NCBI GenBank assembly: GCA_977020255.1 | Contig: CDROCS010004985.1 | Span: forward strand, 1 to 44,238 | DNA length: 44,238 nt | Direction of reading: 5' to 3' | DNA from: Obrimoposthia wandeli | Taxonomy: Eukaryota | Shown: positions 25,621 through 35,000 of the stretch, in pieces | How positions within the stretch are numbered: position 1 is the stretch's first letter | Layout: every line of letters starts with the position of its first letter | The notes under the pieces: generated by a model | What the model was told of the DNA's origin: nothing | What the model saw: the letters and a program-made list of their open reading frames with translations, nothing else | The model's database searches: none | Position numbers and translations under genes: made by a program

Positions 25621-28600
25621 CTAAAGAACATCTACTATTTTAAGTTATATTATATATTTATGAAGATGTCGAAGATATAAAAATATTTAAGAAATGTTTA
25701 TAAGAAATGCAATTTCGTGTGAAAATTACCTTCTCTATGATGGTGTTTATGGTAACTTTTTGATGGTAACTAAAATTCCGTCAAGTACACACAGTTTTAA
25801 TTTATAAAATGTTTAAGAATAAATAAATTAAGTTTGATAAATAATGTCAGCAGTAAAATTTGATTTGGAACGCCTTTTTATTATTGAATAATATTTTTTC
25901 CAAATAGCACTTTAAAAACTTAGATTTTAATCTCACAAAAGTTTAATATCTGAAGTTAATCTATGAATAAGGTTATTTTTTGTTAAGATTAATAATATTA
26001 TATGTTTGTAAATTAATTGTTTATTTTTCAAAAATGTTTAAGAGAAATCTATATACAAGAGTATTCAGAAGTATGTATATTTTTAGTTTAAATAATATAT
26101 AAAGTTTATTCACATAAAAGAAATATATTATAATTTATACTCTACATTTGTAATTCTAAAACAGTTGTCTATATTCATCAGTAGGTTGTTTGTATTTAAA
26201 TTTACGGCCAATCTGCTGTGACAAGATAATGTCGAAGAATTCATAAAACAAATCAAAACATTCCTGTTTATAAATTCTGCGGTTAATCATTCAATGTTGC
26301 TGATTTAAAAAGCACCTTTGAAAAATAATTCTTAAAATTATTAAGAAATTCTCGATAAAATAAAATTTATAATAGGTTAAAAAATTATATGCAACATGTA
26401 TCAAAATGTAATGATAACCATTACTAAGATAAGGTGTTTACAATGTGTTTCAGTAACCTACAATTGAATCAGAAAAGTTTAATATACCTTAAATACAGTT
26501 TCAAAACAGTATTCACCGAAGAATTGAACGAATAAGTAGTATAAGATGGTCTTTTTGTGTGAACAGAAATATTCGATTTACATTATCCTAAAATTTGTGG
26601 GCTCAGCTGTTATTTTTTGGTTTTGTGATTGTCAGAATTTTAGCTATGAAAACTGTTGGTGTGCAGTTCAAATATGTTCAATTCCTAAGCCGATTCCCGA
26701 CTGTTCTAGATCGATTAAAAACTTTCCTAAGAAACTCGGTACATCAAAATGTATTATTTTGCCAGTGAAACATATTGATTTTGTAATATATTTTAGTTTA
26801 CACATTTCTTATATACATGGAAATATGGAAACAATTACCTCAAGAATGTTGAGCGTTCTTTAATATCTCCCTAAACATAATGAGTATTATGTTTCAATTT
26901 AAAATATACATTGATAACATTTATTCGTGAATTTTAGGATTATTTCGGAAATGTTAACAATTATTGAATAACGACTGAATCCCGCTTGAAAACATGATAT
27001 CTACTTAGTATATAGAGTTATGCTTTAAAAAATAAACTTCTAGAATTATCCACTTCTATCTCGTGTATTAGGCATACAAACAATTTTCTAGCCGAAAGCT
27101 TCGTAAAATGCTTTAGTGTTTAAATTCAAGAAAACTTTATCAAGTTCAGTAATTTAATAAAATAAAGGAAATTTCTAATATATAACAATTTACAATGAAA
27201 AATGGTAACGCAAATATATAACAATCAGTCAACCTAATTATCAATTATGAGGTTTCGAGAATTCATGTAATTAAAAAAAATCATATATAAAACAATAAAC
27301 TGCATGAATTATTAACAAAATAAAATACAAGAATAAATCAAAAGTCAATTTAAAAAGTGATAAAATAAAATTACAAAAAATAGCCGAAGATTTATTACCA
27401 ATTAAATATATGTATTAAAATCACATAAAAATTCAACTGTCTAATGTACTAATTATCAAATAGCAATAAATCTATTTAAAAATGTACTCACTTTGAATAT
27501 AAATATCTCGGACATTTCTCACGGTGCAATAGAACAGGGATATATTTTCAAAATCTGTATCAATTTTGTGCTAGACAACCGACTCTTACAACTGTGACTG
27601 ATATAAATCACTCACTCATTTCTATGTATTAACTTCAGAACAGTACACACAGTAGTAGACAAACTATCTTCAATTGGCAAATATCATTGGCCAGAGAAGG
27701 CCAGAATAATTTTCAATAGAAATAGATGGGCACACATACTTTTGGGATAATTACAAACGTATCCATCAAGATAATTCAAGAAATGCAATTTATTCTTTTC
27801 CAATTTACTAGAAATTTACAACTCTAATCTTCATATTTTTACATTATATGTGTATGATCATGCGTTGAATTTAATAAAATCAAATCTTTTTTAACACTAA
27901 GACTTCTATATAATTTTATTTTCTAAAATAAAAATAATATATCTAATTAAATAAATTAATCAACTAAATGGTAGTTTCAAAAACTCTATATATGATTTTG
28001 GAAATATAAATTTGATTTAATACTTATAAGTAGGTTAAGTTGTCTAATTTATATATAAAGTTATGTATTTGTTTATTTTAAAATTAACTACGTGAAAGTC
28101 AAATCTAATTCAATTAAATTGAACTTATTTTCTTTATTATTGCAAATAAGTACCGATATGAAACTGTCAGACCAAACAATACACACTTTCAGTGAAGTCA
28201 GTGAATGTCAAGTTATATTTTATCACCAAGCATCCAATCAAATTGTCATAAAATTGTCAGTATTGAAATTTATAGCGTCAGTTTACAAGAGGGGTGGGCC
28301 TCAGGCACTGTCAATCATTGCAGTATCTTACACAAGTCTAGTCAGCCAGGCATAGCAGGTTTGAAGTGGCCTGTGTGTGACTGAATGCAATGCCGGCTAT
28401 ATAATTGAATTCTAGTTTCATATTTTCACTTTGACTAATAAATGGGACTGCTTGAAAATCGATAGTTACGTTTTCAAGTTGTGTTGATTATTAAAATAAG
28501 TCATAAATTATCATTGACAAAGTAATTTGAGGAATTGTGCAGTCGGCTCATTGTTTAGTTAACGTATAATCAAACTACTGTGATTTTTCACCAGTCATTT

Positions 28601-28757
28601 AAAAACCATATTATTTCTTTAATTCTAGATTCATGACTAGATATTTTAAAAAAATGAATATTAACAATTATATAACATTTGTCTTGAAATATTATTCGTG
28701 GATCATGAAATATGAAATTGATGTAACCATACATGAATTGTTATGAGTTCATGCTTT

Positions 28758-28777
28758 ATATATATATATATATATAT
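28758..28777. repeat. (TA)n microsatellite
   Basis: About 10 TA units. Confidence 0.9.
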
Positions 28778-28973
28778 GCATTTCAGTTGCTGATACGAAC
28801 TTTTGACAATAATGAAATTATATTCGATTCAAATACAACGGAATTGTGCATTAACTACTTATGAAAGACCAGTTTGTGAATAAAATCCTGGTCTATTCAA
28901 GTAATTTTTAGAAATTCTTCTCAGTTGTGTGAGTATGATTTTTCATTTAAATGAAAATTTCTAATTTTATGCA

Positions 28974-29370
28974 AGTAGTATATAGTGTCGCTTTGAGTTA
29001 GTACTAACACTATAGTGCCTAAATGTCTATATATAGTCATTTTTTAGACAAAATGACGTTAAAATGGCTTAAAATTACACATCAAGTCTCAAAATCGCGC
29101 ATACTAACTCAAGATGCAAAATCTATTTGAGGTAGTATGTGTGATTTCCGGACTTGACCTAAATTTAGTCTTGAAATCGCGCATACCAACTCAAGGCAAT
29201 AGGTCCGCCCCGGGAGGTACCCTTTACTACAAAACCATTTTTAACGTAGTATGCACGATTTCAAGACCATTTCATACCGTTTAAAATAAAATTATATTTT
29301 AAGTGACCAAAGTCTCCCTTGCGGAGCCTCATAAGAGGGGAGCCCTTCATCCGAATACCGGACAGCACCT
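28974..29370. repeat. Probable left terminal (TIR) region; candidate 6-bp TSD TATGCA at 28968-28973
   Basis: AGTAGTA start; palindromes GTTAGTACTAAC (28997-29008), CACTATAGTG (29008-29017), CTATATATAG (29027-29036); four 21-bp repeats; GC-rich hairpin at 29315-29345. Partner TIR not in window. Confidence 0.65.
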
Positions 29371-29474
29371 TTGGCAAAGAATATATATTTATATTACTTT
29401 TGTTTATAGTAAAATACAAGAACACACACTAAAATCAATATTTATTAAACTTTCTTCTGTCCTTCAGTAATTCT

Positions 29475-29783
29475 TCAAATAAGCTTCTGTCTCCCGAGTC
29501 TATCGACTTTGAAACCTTGAAATTGAACAAATAAAATCCTATATTTGCTTTCTGGAAATTCTTCTTCAGAGTAATTATATATTCTTGTGAACAGATGTTC
29601 ATCAGCTTTAATAAAAGTACTAAAGTTTTCAATTTTGATATCCGATTTCATTCTTTTGAAAATAGCATTGGTATTATTAATGTCCGTTTGATGGATCCTT
29701 GAGATGACATAATCAAACTTAGACTTTGTTAGCATAACAGGATATTTTAATCCCAAGGTAACAGGCATCTTGAGGAAATTCAT
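29475..29783 (-). CDS. Hypothetical element protein, 102 aa
   Basis: Open frame with an ATGA start/stop overlap with the upstream ORF, the same coupling seen elsewhere in the element. No recognised motif. Confidence 0.35.
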   Translation of the reverse strand: MNFLKMPVTLGLKYPVMLTKSKFDYVISRIHQTDINNTNAIFKRMKSDIKIENFSTFIKADEHLFTRIYNYSEEEFPESKYRILFVQFQGFKVDRLGRQKLI

Positions 29784-29962
29784 TGTATAGGTGAAATAAG
29801 GTACAGATTCTTTAAATAAGTCTTCTTTTCTCCATTAAAAATTTCTTCTAATTCTGTATCATCATCAGAATCTATCGGAATTGGGTTAACTTTGGTTGTA
29901 TTTAAAATTTCATTCTTCCTCTTCTTCGTGCTCTTCAAAATCGATTTTTGTAAATTGAACAT
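29780..29962 (-). CDS. Hypothetical element protein, 60 aa (basic patch plus acidic DSDDDTELEEIF)
   Basis: ATG start, divergent from the 30087 gene. No recognised family. Confidence 0.35.
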   Translation of the reverse strand: MFNLQKSILKSTKKRKNEILNTTKVNPIPIDSDDDTELEEIFNGEKKTYLKNLYLISPIQ

Positions 29963-30086
29963 GATGAATGAGAGTAAACTGAAATGTTTCGGTAGTTATA
30001 GTTGACTACTTGAACTAAATTGCTTGATTCTCATTGGATAATATTAAACTATATATGTTTGTGACATCATCAATTATTATCATGCA

Positions 30087-30313
30087 ATGAAAATAATCAA
30101 TATAAATTATAAAGGTAAATTTAAGCGAAGTAATAGTCACTTACCTTTTCGATCAAAGAAACCTATACAATATGTTGAAAAGTTAAAGGATTACACTATA
30201 GTTATATTTCCATCAGGTATTATTATTATTACTATTACTATTATTACTGCTACTATTTAGGCTCATGTATAATTATGGGTTGCAAACAACCAATCAAACA
30301 TGCTCAAATATAG
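30087..30313 (+). CDS. Single-repeat TBP-like protein, 60 aa, spliced (exons 30087-30216, 30261-30313)
   Basis: MKIININYKGKFKRSNSHLPFRSKKPIQYVEKLKDYTIVIFPSG/SCIIMGCKQPIKHAQI. 30/55 identical, without gaps, to the N-terminal repeat of the 42356-42882 protein. Same 130-nt first exon and phase-1 GT-AG intron (44 nt). Confidence 0.75.
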
Positions 30314-30578
30314 AAATTGAACTTATTCAACTTCTACGTCGGAACCATCAACATCGGCTGCACCTCCTCCCAAAAAGTTGCGACAACTATTGCCAAAACC
30401 TGAGGGAAGGACAATTGCTACAAAGCAACCGGTGAAGCTGAAAAAGAAACCGGGCCGGCCAAAGAAGAAGGAACCAGTACCGCTTTCTCCTATAATACTT
30501 AGTCGGAGGGATTACGACCCGAATGATCCCAATGATGACTTCGTAAAGATGTTTAAAAATATAATTTATAAACATTAG
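30300..30578 (+). pseudogene. 92-codon Ser/Thr-rich, AT-hook-like basic protein with one in-frame TGA (codon 7)
   Basis: MLKYRN*TYSTSTSEPSTSAAPPPKKLRQ...KKKPGRPKKK...; ATG at 30300 is in the frame of track ORF 30378-30578; TGA at 30318-30320. Confidence 0.55.
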
Positions 30579-30773
30579 TTTCATATGTTTTCTTCTTAAT
30601 ATTTATTTTTTTAAATGTAGAAATACTATCTTTAAGTTTATTTGCAATGATAAGTTATAGATTTATTAAACACTCATTTGATAAATAAAAATATATCATT
30701 TAATTGGATTAAAAAATATCTTTAATTTATATATATAGGTTCAAATTTATTAACCTTTTCATAATTAAAAAAA

Positions 30774-31103
30774 ATGGAATTCATTAAAATGAAGAGTCTG
30801 GTGACGAAGATTGAAGCAAACATCAGAATAAATGAGAAGAAAGGGGACTTAAGAAAGAGGATCCTCAACCAGAATTTATATACTGCTGTCGCGACCGAGT
30901 GGAATCGTCGGGTGGAGATTCAGGACAGGCGGCTAGCAGAACGACGTCATGTTGTGGAGTGGAACAAGAAAATCGAAATGGAAAAAAGGAAGGTGGAGGA
31001 AAAAAGAAGAGAAGAGACGGAGGATGTTCGGCGAGCAGCAAGAAAGCGAATCCTCCAGATTAAACCAGAAGAGGGTCCTTCCACAAAAAAATTAATTTTA
31101 TAG
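30774..31103 (+). CDS. Hypothetical highly charged coiled-coil protein, 109 aa
   Basis: ATG start, E/K/R-rich composition, TATA-like sequence ~40 bp upstream. Confidence 0.6.
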   Translation: MEFIKMKSLVTKIEANIRINEKKGDLRKRILNQNLYTAVATEWNRRVEIQDRRLAERRHVVEWNKKIEMEKRKVEEKRREETEDVRRAARKRILQIKPEEGPSTKKLIL

Positions 31104-31227
31104 ATTATTATTTTGTCTTTATTGATTATGTTATAAATTGTCTAAATACTACCTCGTCATTTTAATAAATTTTTGATTAATAGTTTTTCGTTATAAACAA
31201 CGGGATTTGCTACAGATTTGGGTAATT

Positions 31228-31716
31228 ATGCAGGAATATATCATATATTTTGAGGCTTTCATTAACAAAAATGGGGATTATATTATAAAAGAATTATGTA
31301 TTATGGATGTATGCGACGTTTTTCATCCTTTGCATTTCATATTTCATATAGATATCCCATTTAAAAGTTTAGATTATAAGAAAAAATTTACTAATTTATA
31401 TCTAACTAAATATTTCCATTTATTAAAATGGAAAGAAGGACATAAGGCTTTTTGTGAAATATGTATTTTCGATACTATTAAATCTAATTTTGAAATTGAA
31501 AATGGAATTTTTTATGTTTTAGATGACATGGATGGCAAAAAATATAAGACTTTAAAAAAATATTTTTCTAAATTGAGGTTGAATACTTTAAATATTTCAC
31601 GGGATCATCTATTAAATATTCCACAAAATATTTGCTGTCCATATCGTAATCATGGTGACCATTGCGCATATAAAAAATGTTTAAGTCTTTCTTATTATTA
31701 CTTGACATGTAGATAA
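31228..31716 (+). CDS. DnaQ/DEDD-fold, Maelstrom-like protein, 162 aa
   Basis: IIYFEAF...IIKELCI (beta-1/2; first catalytic Asp replaced by Tyr), H..F, YFHLLKWKEG (HGL.W..G-like), and C-terminal CPYRNHGDHCAYKKC (C..H....CA zinc pattern). Likely ATG at 31228. Confidence 0.6.
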   Translation: MQEYIIYFEAFINKNGDYIIKELCIMDVCDVFHPLHFIFHIDIPFKSLDYKKKFTNLYLTKYFHLLKWKEGHKAFCEICIFDTIKSNFEIENGIFYVLDDMDGKKYKTLKKYFSKLRLNTLNISRDHLLNIPQNICCPYRNHGDHCAYKKCLSLSYYYLTCR

Positions 31717-31980
31717 ACAATTCTTCTAATTGGAGGAATTCTATATTAAAATTTTACATTTATTTACAAATAAGCCTTTTGATTAGAGGAATAAATTTTT
31801 TTTCAAAATTTAATATATGAATAATCCTTTTCTTTAATTGGAGGAATAAAATTATTTTTTCAACCTATAATAGATTAACAATCCTTCTCTTTAATTGGAG
31901 GAATAAAATTATTTTTTCATCCAATAACAGATAAACAAACCTTCTCAGTGGAGGAATAAATTCAATTTTTTAATCCAATA
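31715..31980 (+). repeat. Degenerate tandem array, 5 units of ~53-57 bp, core (TT)GGAGGAATAAA
   Basis: Cores start at 31732, 31785, 31840, 31897 and 31950 (spacing 53, 55, 57, 53). Ends ~30 bp before a TATATAAG at 32010. Confidence 0.9.
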
Positions 31981-32057
31981 GGAAAAGAGCATGTGTGCAT
32001 AAATTTTAGTATATAAGCAAACACTTTCTTCATTTAAATCCCCGACAATTTGAAATA

Positions 32058-35000
32058 ATGCCTATGGTAAGAATTTATTTTTATTATTTCCTTATTAATA
32101 TTTATTATTTCAGATTACGTGTAACCTATTCCCTGAGTATTGCGGTGCTTCGGCTCTGCATGGAGGAGAGTCCTGCATGGAGACAATGTCTGCATACTAC
32201 CGGACCAAGTCTCAAGGTGTTCTGTTCTTCGTCTGCCCCTTCTGCAGAACAATGGAGGAGAAGGAGTTTCGAGAATTCTTCTGTGAACATCGAGCTCACC
32301 TATCGTGTTTCACGGCCAACAACAAGAAGAGGGATATCGTCCAATTGGTGCGCGATTCGCAGGCCGCTCGAGCTCCACCTCCATTTACAGTGGCAGTCAG
32401 TCTACCAGTTTATGGTCCTGCCATTGGTCCTTCTCTCCCGGCTCCTGATTCTGCTGCTGCCCCATCCACTCAAATGTCTAACAATGAGTGGATGAACGAC
32501 ATCTCCGAAGAAGATTTTGAGGAATTGGCACCAGCAACCCAATTCTCAAACAATGACTGGATGCGAAATATCACCCAGTCAGATTTCGAGATGGAGCAGC
32601 CTCAATGGAGCGATAACTCATGGTTGGAGACCATCGAGGAATCCGATTTCATCGAGTCAACGGACGACAGGTGGATGGATTCCATCAATGAAGAGGACTT
32701 CGTTCCAGCTCAACTTGGATTGTCTTCATTAGGTATTTTTTTATTTTTGTAAATTGTAATTATATATTTTATTTTTAATATATATATTTTATTTTTATTT
32801 TTTATTCAGGAAATACAGTTCTACAATCGTCATCTGCTACAACAGATATGCCTCCACCATCGCGAGTGCCTACATCGATGTTAGCACGTCTTAGTAGTAA
32901 TAATTTTTAAAAATATATTTATTTTTTTAATATATTTATTTCAGCAGCACTAACTTCTACAACAGCCGCTTCTTCATCGGAAAGGTCAGCGGTCCCTTCA
33001 ACATCATCTACAGTTGCCTCAACATCGGCAGCATCACCAATAGCAGCACCTTCAACCTCAGCTGCGATTGTCTCAACTATTAATATAAATAGTTGTCTTC
33101 CCGTTCAATTAGGGGGAGGTTTGTCAGCGACAAACGGAAGAAAGAGGCGAGGCCAATTTCTTAATAAGGTCCCACCCAAAAAACGTAAAGAAAACGGTGC
33201 TACTATAGAGTATCACCTAAATAATAAATATGTTATAGTTAAGGTTCCATTAGGAAATGAAATTTTATTAAACGTAGGTGTAGATTCAAATATTGAAAAT
33301 CTTTTAAAATCAGAAGTGACTAAATTAGGACAGGCTAAGGTTCAATTTTGCGCAACAGTGCAGTTTAAAAATGTCAATGAGGAAACTAAAACTTGGGTCA
33401 TTTCACATAAAGCAACTGTTTTTTATGATAATTTTGTAACTGAAATTGGAAGAAACCTGGATGAAAAAATTGCTAATTATAGTGAGTTAAGTAGTGGATG
33501 GACTCTAGTTAGAATTCACGATGTTAGCTTTGTTCTAACAAAGTTCACTGACATGATATATCTTCCGGGGAGTTCAAACATTCCTTCACCTAGATCTCTT
33601 CAACTTTCACGTTCCATTGTTAACGTACAAAACAGCGATAACCTTTGCTTTCTGTATAGCGTGTTGGCCATCCTCAAAAGGGATGTAATTACTGAGCATA
33701 GAGAGCGTGTCAGTAAATATACCCCTTTTTTAAATGAATTGCAGTATCATGGAATAGATTTTCCTGTTAAATTAACTGCGATATCAAGATTTGAACATCT
33801 TAATAACTTGAGTATTAATGTATTCAAATATAATACTGATATCCCAGTTAATGTAACAGATGAAGAAATTTTTAAAAATCCTTTTGTAGATGTAATTTAT
33901 AGGAGCAAAAATGAGTGGACTCAGGTCAACTTAATTTTGCTCGAACAGAATAATAAATTCCATTATGCTGCAATTCCCAGTTTAGATCGTCTTCTAAATT
34001 TAGATAATGGAGCCTTACCGGTTAGGATAAGGTGTAAGTGGTGTCATAGATGTTTGCATGGGTTCCGATCCGAGCTCTCTTACAGCAAACATCTGACATT
34101 ATGTTCACTGAATCCTGATGACAATACGCTATATAGCATGCCTAAGGATAAGGATTTAAAATTAAGGGATTGGGCAAAATGCATACCCATGGAATTCAGG
34201 GTGTATGCAGATTTTGAGTCAATTTTAGCATTGCACGACCAGTATGAGAGTATTCACCTACCGGCTTCGGCAGGACTACTATTCTTAGGCCCCAATATTA
34301 CCCAGTATCATAAATTTTCCGGTCCAAATTGTATTTTAGATTTTATGTTAAAATTAGAGGAATTAGGAACAACAATTGTCAAACCGTGGTATGATCTCAA
34401 TGCTCATCAAGAAATGATCATGATAGGCATAGACTGGGTTAATTTTAATTCTTGTAGATTATGTTATTTGTGTGGAACCCAGTCTAAGTTAGTCAGAGAT
34501 CACGATCATGTTACGGGGCGATACTTGGGAGCGGCGTACAACCTTTGTAACCTTGGCCGTTGTCTCCCTAAAAAACCACGCATTCTCATCGTGTTTCATA
34601 ATCTCAAAGGATATGATTTGCATCATATACTTAAATACGCGTTGGGTACATTAAGCTCTTGGGAAATTTCATGTATACCTCAAACTTCAGAGAAATATTT
34701 ATCTTTAACTGCATATACTGAATTCTGTAGTTTAAGATTCATAGATTCTCTGCAGTTTTTGAGCGGGTCTTTAAAAAATTTAACGGCATCTTTAAATGCA
34801 TGGCCAATTACACAGTCAGTGTTCCCAGCTTCGGTTAACGATAAGGGGATTTTTCCGTATAAATTTGCGAAATCTTTCGCAGATTTAGAAAATACAACTG
34901 AAATCCCACCCATAACTGAATTTGAGGGTGTAAGTCTTCAAGACTATAATGAGGCCCGTACATTTTGGGTGAATAATTGTCGAAATCTTCTCGAATATAT

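Noticed and set aside
1566-28355. Most 60-110 aa track ORFs in host DNA
   Set aside because: Low-complexity F/I/L/K/N composition expected by chance in AT-rich DNA, or antisense to transposon relics; no motifs or splice support.
29435-29962. Single long minus-strand gene joining 29780-29962 and 29435-29632
   Set aside because: Same frame but four intervening stops; the ATGA-coupled two-ORF reading is simpler.
31715-31980. CRISPR-like appearance of the repeat array
   Set aside because: Inter-core sequences are homologous to each other rather than unique spacers; eukaryotic context and no cas genes.
30728-32017. TATA boxes upstream of each + strand accessory gene as evidence of TBP-like targets
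   Set aside because: TATA-like words are too frequent in DNA this AT-rich; only the TATA+Inr cases with correct spacing were kept.
32058-32495. Track ORF 32058-32495 (145 aa) as a gene
   Set aside because: It reads through the first intron (YFYYFLINIYYF) into the wrong frame; splicing 32067-32113 gives the Cys/His-motif frame.
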